A DNA stretch of 32,000 nucleotides from Candidatus Saccharimonadota bacterium. GTDB taxonomy: Bacteria > Patescibacteriota > Saccharimonadia > Saccharimonadales > UBA4665. The translations under genes were made by a program, and so were the position numbers. Below, in pieces: positions 12,242 to 20,575 of this stretch; positions within the stretch are counted from its first letter, which is position 1, and each line of letters starts with the position of its first letter. The notes below the pieces were generated by a model, which did no database searches, had not been told where the DNA came from, and saw nothing but the letters and a program-made list of their open reading frames with translations. The stretch spans positions 60,001-92,000 of the forward strand of contig CP064992.1 in assembly GCA_016699935.1 (NCBI GenBank), written 5' to 3'.

Positions 12242-13067
12242 TCATTTGGTGATTCTTACTGTGATATAGCGAATATAGTCTTTGCGCCAGCCGTTTAGAG
12301 CAATGTGTGCTATGAGAGTATTGGGATGCGCATGCTCTTTACCAAGCAACTTCAATAAATGGTAGGGTATCCATGATATTGCATAAAAAAGCTTAATTAC
12401 GGGCAATACTGAGGTACCTTCATTCGCAATATTAAAGCTAGAGACGCCAAGTTTTGGCAGCAACTTATCATAATAATCATGAGTGATGGTATCGAAACCT
12501 GGGCAATTTGTCTTCTCGGCAATAGTATGGATTGCTCGGGCAATATCTGGAGGCACTTGGTCAAGTGGTGCGATTGAGTAGTCAAATATTGCAATTCGAC
12601 CACCGGGCTTTAGGACGCGCAAGAATTCTCTGATAGTCGCCTCGGGGTTAGAGCTATGGGTAAACGTTTCTCGCATGCAAGTGAATACGACATCGAATGT
12701 TTCATCTTCGAAAGGTAGCGAGTTGTAGTCTGCTATCTGAAAGTCTACATTCTTGTTTCTGCCCAGTCTTTTTGCTAAAGCGATACTACGTGGCACTAGA
12801 TCGATTCCGCTTATTCTCGCATGATGCTTTTCTGCAAGCCGAAGTGAAGCTCGCCCCTGACCGCAACCTGCATCTAGAACACGGTTGCCGCTACGTATAT
12901 TTCCGCAACCTTGGCCAAGTGGTTTATCGTCGCTTCTGCCGCGCGTGTCATGTTTAAGTACTTCTTATCTTTGTACCACCCGAAATGCCTGTGACCACCA
13001 AGAAGTGCTCGGTAGCCCAACCGTGAAGCCAACCGCTCGTAATATCTAATCGTCAAATCTTTGACAT
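12242..13067 (-). pseudogene. Class I SAM-dependent methyltransferase (Methyltransf_11-like), frame-disrupted as read
   Basis: 12242-12796 carries the Rossmann-fold core (..FDVVF.., VLKPGGRIAIFDY). Own translation across about 12800-12875 gives NRVLDAGCGQG (motif I), out of frame with the 12874-13110 piece (YYERLASRLGYRALLGGHRHFGWY). The probable true start is the ATG at complement 13065-13067, recovered by a 1-nt correction at the A3 run 13055-13057. The gene is visibly more AT-rich than its neighbours. Confidence 0.7.
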
Positions 13068-13282
13068 ACTCTATAGCAGATATTATCAGATATAAAATAA
13101 AAAGACCCAATGCCGCTAGGTCTCATGACTTGATTTGATAGAGTCGGTGAGTACAGATTATAGATTAATAGCATGGCAACATACGAGTGCAGCGAACGCT
13201 CGCGGATAAGCAAAGAATTTTTCGAATTTCCCGAGCTATTCTAATCCTCTAGGGCGGAAAATCTCCTCATTCGAGCTTCGTG

Positions 13283-13306
13283 AAAACCCGACATAATTTG
13301 GTCGGG
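13283..13306 (-). terminator. Hairpin plus U-tract immediately downstream of the duplicated tmRNA 3' end
   Basis: Minus strand: CCCGAC-caaattat-GTCGGG followed by TTTTCA. It lies 10 nt after repeat copy A. Confidence 0.5.
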
Positions 13307-13315
13307 TGCTTTCTG

Positions 13316-13334
13316 TGGTGGAGACGCCGGATAC
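13316..13334 (-). repeat. Second copy of the tmRNA 3' end (17 of 19 nt identical), att-like
   Basis: The minus strand reads GTATCCGGCGTCTCCACCA, against GTATCCGGCAGCTCCACCA at 13501-13519. Similarity stops abruptly 5' of GTATCC, that is, inside the T-loop. Confidence 0.7.
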
Positions 13335-13457
13335 CCGTTCTGCTCTTTAAGCTCACTTGTCCAGAACGTTCACGATTGCAAAACCAGTTTGCATCGGATC
13401 CTTCTTTGCGACCCGCCACCGGCGGGTCTCACTCTCAAGGCGATATCCTCAATCTTC

Positions 13458-13498
13458 TATAAGAAGATAAACACCCCATCAAACGATGAGGTGTTTAT
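13458..13498 (-). terminator. Intrinsic terminator of ssrA
   Basis: 14-bp stem (13467-13480 pairs with 13485-13498). One position is a G-U pair only on the minus strand. The loop is GTTT, followed by CTTCTTATA. It starts 2 nt after the tmRNA CCA. Confidence 0.7.
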
Positions 13499-13500
13499 CA

Positions 13501-13880
13501 TGGTGGAGCTGCCGGATACTGCCTCCGGTCCGCTAGATTTTCAGTCAGAATACTACAGGTATAGTCTATTTTAATGTCTTAACATTCGGGTTTAAAAACA
13601 GACAAACAAACCGAATGAGCAATCCTAGTCTTAGCACCTGAGCTGGATAAACTCAAGTGAGTTGTCCAGATATATATAACGCTACTTTGGCTATCTGAAA
13701 TCGTCAAAGGCGTTGCCTAAAATTAATTAGGCTGTTTGGAAAGCAAGCTTAGGTGCGAACACGCTAGCTAGTCTTTCCATGAATGATGTTTTTGCATCTA
13801 TTCTGGTTTGCCTATAACGCTGACAAGCGACCTGCATTCATGACCGAAAGGTACCAACGTCGAGCTTAAAATTCAGCCCC
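13501..13880 (-). ncRNA. ssrA: tmRNA (SsrA), about 380 nt, CCA encoded
   Basis: The 5' end reads GGGGCTGAATTTTAAGCTCGACG... and the 3' end reads ...CCGGA GGCAGTA TCCGG CAGCTCC ACCA. The acceptor strands GGGGCUG/CAGCUCC-ACCA are identical to E. coli tmRNA, including G3:U70. The 5-7-5-7-4 geometry of the 3' end is also the same. A candidate tag ORF (complement 13795-13727) follows AAUAGAU: GCA... encoding AKTSFMERLASVFAPKLAFQTA*. Confidence 0.8.
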
Positions 13881-13890
13881 ATGTAGAGCT

Positions 13891-13920
13891 ATTTTAGCAT
13901 AAATGTAAGCGCTTTGTAAA
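13891..13920 (-). promoter_or_regulatory. Candidate ssrA promoter: TTTACA, 18-nt spacer, TAAAAT
   Basis: TAAAAT is the complement of 13891-13896, 10 nt upstream of the mature 5' G. TTTACA is the complement of 13915-13920. The promoter lies inside the 3' end of the ksgA remnant ORF. Confidence 0.5.
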
Positions 13921-14144
13921 GATCATGCCAATGCGTAAGTGCAAGGGCTTGGGCACGGTTTTTGGGGTCGATGTTTGCTTTGTCGAGAAGCGCTTTGGTT
14001 TCGTCTTTGCTCAGGTGCATCCCTGCGCTGAGTGAATTATGGAGGGTTTTGCGCTTTTGGCTAAAGCCTGCGCGAACGATGAAAAATTGTTTAGTATCGA
14101 CATCTGTGAAAAGTGGGTTTTTTTCGAATGTTAGCTCCAATACC

Positions 14145-14273
14145 TGGCTATCCACCTTTGGTGGTGGTGGTGTGAAAAGTTTGCTTTGCCGGTACAACGA
14201 CAACCAGCGAAACTTGGCAATAAAACTGCGCGCTGACGCTCAGTATCGACATTTGGCCAGGCCTAGCAGTGAC
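14145..14273. repeat. Direct repeat copy 1 (ksgA-internal segment), near-identical to 16173-16294
   Basis: By-eye alignment shows a 61-nt perfect block (14204-14264), two substitutions and two small indels (ggtggtggtggtg vs ggtggcggcg; aagtttgcttt vs aagcttt). Flanking ksgA sequence is much more diverged. Confidence 0.85.
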
Positions 14274-14559
14274 GTGTTTGGCTTTTTGCCAACAGTTAGA
14301 AAGTCTATTCATAAACCACATCAGGAAACACTCATTACCTATGCATTAAGCACGCTGAAATACGGCTTTGTTGTCGTGGCTTTGCAAAGCTATAGCCTTG
14401 TTACGGTATTGTTCCCGCTCAGCATAGCTATCCTGAACGGTTTATTCGTCATTCTATTATTGGTACGTAGGCGACAAGTAACTTTGTAGTTTTTGGTTGG
14501 CTTTTAAACTGTCGAAATATGGAACAAGGCTCATAAACGTAAGATGGGTCTTTTTCTTT

Positions 14560-15768
14560 CTAGGAAGCGGCCATTGGGTTTTCGTGGCGGGCTTCGATGG
14601 CTAAAACGTCTTTTGGCACTTTGTAAAATGCCGTGAATATTAGGGCACCTAGCAATATCATGCCTGCGCCTACCACCACAGGAACGCTCACGCCCATAGT
14701 AGCCACATACCCACCTATGATGGCCGGTATGGCCTGTGCCAGCGCCTGCACACTTGCCTCTATACCCAGGACTTCTCCCTGTTGCTTCGGACCCGCCGTT
14801 AGGCTGACAAGCGCGCCGGAGTTGGCGATAAACTGCCCATTGAAAAGTGCAATAAATGGCGCCACCAGAAGCAGCTGGGTTGTGTTGGTCGGCAGTAGTT
14901 GCAAAAGTAGTGCGCCCGAAAGGCCAAACATAGCCACCCGCACGATATTGTGTGTCAGAAATCGCTTGGCTGTAAAAGGAACAATTAGTGCCTGGCTTAT
15001 AGCGATACATATACCTATGTAGGCAAAGAAATCGCCGACATTATTCGTTTTGAAGCCCAGTTTCTGAATAAGAAGTATCTGAAAAAAGGTCGTAAAGAAG
15101 GTAAAACCACCACAGAAGAAAAATTCGGCCGTAAAGATCATTCGCAGCCGCGGACTAGTAGCAGCCCGACGAATATTATCGAGAGATTTATTCCATACAA
15201 GCTTAATTTTTTTATCAATATGAGCGTGTGTCTCTGGTAATAAAGCTAGCAGCAGAGCTGTGTTGACCAGGCTCAATATAGCTGTAAACCAAAAAGGCGT
15301 AGCGGTTGTAAACCAGTGCGGCGTATCAAACAATCCAAAAAATGTCACATCTGGAGTAGCCAAACGCGCCCCAATATAGGGCCCAAAAACAAAGCCAAGC
15401 CCAAACATACCACCTATCAGACCGAAGTTCCGCGCCCGATGCTCTGGCGGCGTTACATCGGCAATGACCGCACGAGCCACACTAATGTTGCCGCCAGTTA
15501 TGCCGTCTAGACCACGCGCTGCAAACAAGAGCGGGATGTTTTTGGTCATAATGGCTATGGCAAACAGTGCGTAACCTATAGCCGTGCCAAAAAGGCTAAA
15601 GCCCAAAACTGGTTTACGGCCATAACGATCAGACATTTGGCCAAGTATGGGTGTCGCGAGAAACTGCATCAGCGGGAAAATCGCTACCAACCATCCGAGC
15701 AAAATGAGCGAAGTAGAGAAACTATAACCAGCTGGCTCAAAAATCTTAAAGATAAGCTGAGGCAGCAC
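14560..15768 (-). CDS. MFS transporter, DHA1/TetA-like drug:H+ antiporter family (N-terminal TM1 out of frame upstream)
   Basis: 402-aa ORF with motif A, GQMSDRYGRKPV, and about 11 TM segments. Own translation upstream gives ATG (complement 15884-15886) MSTIKSKVKSVAERNEKRAMPIVALTVF.., which joins ..VVGILIPVLPQL after a 1-nt correction at the A6 run 15812-15817. The full gene is therefore probably 14560-15886. Confidence 0.85.
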   Translation of the reverse strand: MLPQLIFKIFEPAGYSFSTSLILLGWLVAIFPLMQFLATPILGQMSDRYGRKPVLGFSLFGTAIGYALFAIAIMTKNIPLLFAARGLDGITGGNISVARAVIADVTPPEHRARNFGLIGGMFGLGFVFGPYIGARLATPDVTFFGLFDTPHWFTTATPFWFTAILSLVNTALLLALLPETHAHIDKKIKLVWNKSLDNIRRAATSPRLRMIFTAEFFFCGGFTFFTTFFQILLIQKLGFKTNNVGDFFAYIGICIAISQALIVPFTAKRFLTHNIVRVAMFGLSGALLLQLLPTNTTQLLLVAPFIALFNGQFIANSGALVSLTAGPKQQGEVLGIEASVQALAQAIPAIIGGYVATMGVSVPVVVGAGMILLGALIFTAFYKVPKDVLAIEARHENPMAAS

Positions 15769-15919
15769 TGGTATGAGTATGCCGACGACTCTAGCACATC
15801 CAAAAAACTGTCAAAGCCACAATGGGCATGGCACGTTTTTCGTTTCGTTCAGCAACACTCTTTACTTTACTTTTTATAGTGGACATATCGTTTTATACTA
15901 CGTAGATTTTCTTTTTAAG

Positions 15920-16731
15920 TCAATCTAGAGCTAGCTCCCTATACAGGCTATACCACTGATCTAGGCTAAGCGCTTGAGCTCTTGTTTGAAATGGTATATC
16001 TACTCGCTCGAGTTTTTCCCTGACAATCGATTTTTCTATCTGTAGACCGGCGCTCAAGGAGTTTTCGAGCGTTTTGCGTTTTTGGCTGAAGCCGGCTTTG
16101 ACGAGCTGAAAGAAAACTTTTGCATCAATGTTCTTGAAAAGCGGCTGCTGACGGTACTGCAAAATCAAAACTTGGCTATCCACCTTTGGTGGCGGCGTGA
16201 AAAGCTTTGCCGGTACAACGACACCCAGCGAAACTTGGCAATAAAACTGCGCGCTGACGCTCAGTATCGACATTTGGCCAGGCCTGGCAGTGACCCGTTC
16301 GGCCACTTCTTTTTGTACCAGTATGGCGGCCGTGCTGAAATGGTTGGGGCTTTCGCACAGAACCCGAATGAGATTGCTTGTCAGATAGTATGGGATATTG
16401 GCAACAACTTTGAAGCCCCCTGGTAGCTGTTGTAAGTTAAACCGTAAAATATCCCCTCCACCACAGTAATATTACCCCCACCCTCCCTTTTGGGAGGACT
16501 GTCCTCCCAAAGCCGGTCTGTGAGGGTCTGAGCGAGGTTTGTATCGAACTCGACGGCGGTGACGTGAGCGCCACGCTGGAGAAGCTTGCGGGTCAAAGTA
16601 CCAAGACCAGGGCCCACTTCGAGCACGTCGTCACCTGGCTGTACGTCTGCGGCATCACAGATGGCTTCGAGCGTCACATCATCATACAACCAATGCTGAC
16701 CAAGTGATTTCTTTGGAACTGTTTCTTTCAC
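15920..16731 (-). pseudogene. rsmA: 16S rRNA (adenine1518/1519-N6)-dimethyltransferase RsmA/KsgA, one frameshift as read
   Basis: 16381-16758 carries PKKSLGQHWL and VLEVGPGLGTLT (SAM motif I). 15920-16306 carries VTARPGQMSILSV, FTPPPKVDS and AGFSQKRKTL. The frames rejoin (..VEGDILRFNLQQLPGGFKVVANIPYYLTSNLIRVL..) with a 1-nt correction at the C4 run 16453-16456. The probable start is a GTG at complement 16729-16731. Confidence 0.88.
16173..16294. repeat. Direct repeat copy 2 (inside the full-length rsmA)
   Basis: See 14145-14273. The two copies are 2028 nt apart, start to start. Confidence 0.85.
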
Positions 16732-16802
16732 ACGATCATTGTACCTTACTAAATACACACTCCCTATACCGCCGCACCGACCCCGCTCCTTATTCTTTCG
16801 TT

Positions 16803-16838
16803 TTCCAATAACCGAGACGTACGTCTTGGTTATTGGAA
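16803..16838. promoter_or_regulatory. 36-nt near-perfect palindrome (18-bp arms) between the G5-domain gene and rsmA
   Basis: ttccaataaccgagacgt|acgtcttggttattggaa has one G-T position. No U-tract follows on the transcribed (minus) strand, so it is not a classical terminator. Confidence 0.6.
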
Positions 16839-16959
16839 TGTTTAATAAGAGTATTCGGTACGGGTTGGCGACGAGGAGAGATGAAGAGAGATTTTACCGG
16901 TATCTTTACGTCGAACTCGGGTTATGCAACGTCGTGTTTTGTCAGTTGGCTTATGAAAC

Positions 16960-18195
16960 CTACCACCAGTGGTGACTGAGCCAAAAATTGTACGCAGCGC
17001 CCCAGCTTCCGTAACGACCGATGGCATATCCGCTAAAAACTGCGTTTGGCAAACGGCATTTGTCTGCCAGTTGGCGCACGCATTAATGACCTTGGCGCCA
17101 GGACAGGCCTGACCCAAACCAGCACAGCCTCCAGCATTGGTTGCAGCCGCATTCCAGCGTGATTCTCGCGAAAATATATAGTCGACATACGCAAAGTCAC
17201 CCTGGCTAATCCCCGCAGCGACCATGACTGCCTGTTTATCGTCTGGGATATTCACCGTGTTCCCCTTCGCCACCACACGCTCTACTGGCTGTACGGTAAC
17301 TACCGACTGGAGCAGTTTGCGGCTGACTTCCTCACCATTCTGCACGTTAATTTCATATGTCTGCACGCGCTTACCCGGCTACCCTCCTGACGAACAGCCT
17401 GGCTGCCAAAAGACAGCGACATATCGATGATGCTTTTTACTGGCGCCGGGATATCTTCGTTTAGCGTAATAACCTGCAGACCATTTCTTACTACCACAAC
17501 CTGCATATTCGCACTGAGCGGTGATTCGGCAGACGGTTTCACGGTGTCGTCCGCACGAACGGTAATACGCTTTTCTTTCAGCAACTCACCGACTGTTTTT
17601 GCCTGCGTTCGTAGCGTCAGCGGCTGCCCGTACAATGTCAGGGTGAGCGGCACTGCTCGGTTCACGATAACTCGATTACCAAGGCTCTTTTGTAATACAA
17701 AGTTATCGGTCGGCATAACATCAACCGTATCTTCGCCGTACAAATCGATTCCCATCGCAGCCACCATACTGCGAGGTGTTGCCGCTGCACTTTTCGCGTA
17801 GGTTACCTGCGACCCGTCATGTAGCGCAATAGGTACTGACCGGTAAACATTTACAAGAAAGTTGTCCTGGGCGATTAATTCATCCGCAGCAGGCTCGACG
17901 CGGTCCCCTGGAGCTAGTGTGATATCGAGCTTTTTGAGTAAATCTCCGACCGTTTTGGCATCGGTTGGGATGGTTGATTTTGACCGTCATAGGAAATAAT
18001 CGCGATACTTGTATCCCTAGCGACATAGTCTGCTACCACTCCCTGGCGGTTGGCGTACCACAACCCTCCACCGCTCACTGCCAGCAGAACAACAAAGAGT
18101 ATCAGCGGCAAGCCTGCGGGGTGATGATGGACGCGTTGAGCCAGGCGCTTACTAGCTTCATACGACCTTCTGATTGCATGTTTTACCCTCTGCAT
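16960..18195 (-). pseudogene. DUF348/G5-domain cell-wall hydrolase (RpfB/YabE-like), frame-disrupted as read
   Basis: 17914-18195 is an N-terminal TM anchor. 17300-17767 plus own translation of 17768-17975 gives two DUF348-like repeats (TVGDLLKKLDITL.., TVGELLKEKRITV..). 16842-17366 has a G5-like segment and FSRESRWNAAATNAGGCAGLGQ. The true C-terminus ..YAIGRYGSWGAAYNFWLSHHWW* is out of frame and ends at complement 16960-16962. One junction is at the T4 run 17978-17981. Confidence 0.7.
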
Positions 18196-18235
18196 ACCTA
18201 CCCTAGTATACCACCGAGAGTTAGAGGTCCTGACG

Positions 18236-20419
18236 CTAGAGTTTTTCGAGGCGGGCGAAGGCGGTGTTTAGCTTTTTTAGACCTTTGCCTTTGAAATAAA
18301 TCGCAGCCATGTCACCGTCTGTCTCTACAACCGTTCCCACACCAAATACATCGTGCCTGACTTGGTCGCCTTCGTGGAGTTCGGGGATATAACGTGGTTC
18401 ATCCGAGGTTAAACTGCTCGTATCGTTCATCTGTTCTTCTGGTGCAAAATCATCAAATGAGGTGAAATCAACTCTCCCAAAACTAGGCATAATGGTTGTC
18501 TCCTCAACATGCTCACCAGCAATTTCACCTAAAAACCGGCTGGGAATGTTGTGCTGCGCGCTACCATACAGCGACCGTGCCGAGGCATACAGCATGTACA
18601 GATCTTCGCGGGCTCGTGTCATACCGACATAGCACAAACGCCGCTCTTCCTCCATTTCGCTCTGGTCGTACAGAGCGCGGCTGTGCGGCAAGATAGACTC
18701 CTCAAGCCCAACCATGAACACCACTGGGAATTCGAGCCCCTTCGCACTATGCAGCGTCATGAGCGTAACGGCATTGTCACCGAGATTCGCCGCATCGAGA
18801 TCAGAAATAAGAGCGACTTCCTCAAGAAAGCTACTGAGTCCTTCATCGTGGTAGCCCTGGGCCACACCGAAAAGCTCGCGGACATTCTCCTGGCGACTTT
18901 CACCTTGCGGTGTTTTATCGTCCAGATACGCAAGGTAGTTAAGCCGTTTCACCAGACTTTCGACTAAAATATCGGGCGGAAGTTCGTCGAGCTGCGCCCG
19001 CAGCGAAGCAAGAATACCCGCAAGGTCCATAAGCCCTTTGCGCGCTTTAGCCGTCAACGTGTCGCACTCGCCAACACGGTCAAGCGCTTCGCTCAAGCGT
19101 AGTCGTTCCACTAGCATCCAACCTATAAAGTTACCGAGACTAACCGCGCCGACACCCCTGCCCGGCACATTCACAATCCGCTCGAAACTGGCGCGATCAT
19201 CAGGCTGGTAGAGCAACCGTAGGTAGGCGATAAGGTCTTTGATTTCTTTCCGGTCATAGAAGCGTACACCACCGACAACACGATAGGGTAAACCATACTG
19301 CACCATAACTTCTTCTATAGAGCGGCTCTGGGCATTGGTGCGGTATAGGACAGCGAAATCTTTGTACTGCCGCAGTCCGGTGTCCACAGCCGTGCGGATG
19401 GTACGCATGATGGTTTCGGCTTCCGCTCGCTCGGTCATAACCTGCATAAGCTGAACACGGCGACCATCACCCTCAGCTGTCCACAGACGCTTATCACTCC
19501 GCTGCGTATTTTTGGTTACAACGCCGTGAGCAGCATTCAGAATATGGCCGGTACTGCGATAGTTTTGCTCGAGCTTTATTACAGCGCAGTCTTTATAGTC
19601 CTTTTCGAACCGTAAAATATTGCGAAAATCTGCGCCCCTAAACGAATATACCGATTGCCAATCGTCACCTACGACCGCTAGGTTACGATGCTTGTTGACT
19701 AAAAGTTTGACTAGTTGGTACTGAGCGGCATTGGTGTCCTGGTATTCGTCGATCATGATGTGCGTAAAACGGGTGCGCCACTTCTCTTGGACTTCTTTAT
19801 GCGTTTCGAGCAGCTGGACGGTGCGCCAAATGAGGTCATCGAAATCAAGCGCCACGGCGTCATGTAGCGCCGCCTGATACAGCGGGTAGACACGGGCAAC
19901 GACTTCACCGGTAGGACTTTTTACAGTTTCACGGTACTCACCTGGTCCTATCATTTCGTTTTTAGCACTAGAAATGTAGCTCGCGACCGTTCGAGCTGGA
20001 AATGATTTTTCATCGACCTGGAGTTCTTTGCATATGCGCTTGACCGTTGCACGCCGATCGTCTTCGTCGAAAATAACGTAGCTCGATGGTATGCCAAGGT
20101 ATTCGCCGTCCATTCGAAGAAGTTTTACGCATATGGAGTGAAAAGTTCCCATCCAGGGCATAAACCGCCGGTCGTCGGCACTCTGGCCGAGCAGCCGTGC
20201 GACTCGCTCGCGCATCTCGCGGGCAGCTTTGTTCGTGAATGTCACCGCGAGAATGCTATGCGGTGTCGCCTGACGCGTCGCGATGAGGTAGGCAATCCGG
20301 TGCGTCAGTGTCTTGGTTTTGCCACTCCCCGCCCCGGCTTGAATAAGCAACGGCCCCTCCGTCGTCACCACCGCCCTCCGCTGCTCCGGATTCAACCCTC
20401 TGAGTAACTCTTCTTGCAC
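18236..20419 (-). CDS. pcrA: ATP-dependent DNA helicase PcrA/UvrD (SF1)
   Basis: Intact 727-aa ORF with a GTG start. It contains AGAGSGKT (Walker A), DEYQDTN (motif II), VGDDWQSVYSFRGA, LEQNYRS and TLHSAKGLEF, plus a C-terminal Tudor-like tail. Confidence 0.93.
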   Translation of the reverse strand: MQEELLRGLNPEQRRAVVTTEGPLLIQAGAGSGKTKTLTHRIAYLIATRQATPHSILAVTFTNKAAREMRERVARLLGQSADDRRFMPWMGTFHSICVKLLRMDGEYLGIPSSYVIFDEDDRRATVKRICKELQVDEKSFPARTVASYISSAKNEMIGPGEYRETVKSPTGEVVARVYPLYQAALHDAVALDFDDLIWRTVQLLETHKEVQEKWRTRFTHIMIDEYQDTNAAQYQLVKLLVNKHRNLAVVGDDWQSVYSFRGADFRNILRFEKDYKDCAVIKLEQNYRSTGHILNAAHGVVTKNTQRSDKRLWTAEGDGRRVQLMQVMTERAEAETIMRTIRTAVDTGLRQYKDFAVLYRTNAQSRSIEEVMVQYGLPYRVVGGVRFYDRKEIKDLIAYLRLLYQPDDRASFERIVNVPGRGVGAVSLGNFIGWMLVERLRLSEALDRVGECDTLTAKARKGLMDLAGILASLRAQLDELPPDILVESLVKRLNYLAYLDDKTPQGESRQENVRELFGVAQGYHDEGLSSFLEEVALISDLDAANLGDNAVTLMTLHSAKGLEFPVVFMVGLEESILPHSRALYDQSEMEEERRLCYVGMTRAREDLYMLYASARSLYGSAQHNIPSRFLGEIAGEHVEETTIMPSFGRVDFTSFDDFAPEEQMNDTSSLTSDEPRYIPELHEGDQVRHDVFGVGTVVETDGDMAAIYFKGKGLKKLNTAFARLEKL

Positions 20420-20425
20420 CTATCT

Positions 20426-20434
20426 ATTCTACCA
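20426..20434 (-). promoter_or_regulatory. Extended -10 element TGGTAGAAT, 6 nt upstream of the pcrA GTG
   Basis: Read directly on the minus strand as ..ctcTGGTAGAATagatagGTG. This implies a leaderless or near-leaderless mRNA. Confidence 0.45.
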
Positions 20435-20575
20435 GAGTAAGCTACGAAATAATCCGTAAAGTCTGTATCTGTTAAAGGCCAAACTTTTTGATTCTTTTGG
20501 TTCATTTTACTAAACTACCCAGTACTAAAAAACATCTTACCGGTTTTCGCGGGAGGAGAAGTTGGTAGATACGGT

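Larger units (their letters stand above)
13889..14275 (-). pseudogene. Displaced 3' portion of a second ksgA/rsmA copy (remnant)
   Basis: 13889-14203 encodes ..FTPPPPKVDSQVLELTF...AGFSQKRKTLHNSL...RAQALALTHWHDLY, about half identical to the C-terminus of the full gene at 15920-16731. Upstream, VTARPGQMSILSVSAQFYCQVS is out of frame. No N-terminal SAM-binding half is present. Weak decayed similarity continues to about 14390. Confidence 0.8.

Noticed and set aside
13335-13457. An independent tRNA-like gene ending in the second ..CTCCACCA
   Set aside because: Three hairpins and a 5-bp GAGAC/GTCTC closing helix can be drawn. However, there is no 7-bp acceptor stem, no T-arm pairing (the 5' partner of TCCGG is absent) and no D- or anticodon-loop signatures. 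It is better explained as a displaced 3' fragment.
13962-14489. 175-aa plus-strand ORF as a gene carried by the inserted cassette
   Set aside because: Its 5' half is antisense to the ksgA remnant and the repeat. It has no RBS or promoter, and its composition is typical of an antisense read-through (Ser/Leu/Arg-rich). I treat it as spurious. The region 14276-14559 remains unassigned.
14276-16172. Integrase, transposase or recombinase within the ksgA-bracketed cassette or near the tmRNA scar
   Set aside because: Between the ksgA repeat copies, only the MFS transporter and the replacement ksgA 3' end are coding. No R..HxxR..Y, DDE or serine-recombinase-like sequence was recognised in any frame there, or in 13111-13500.
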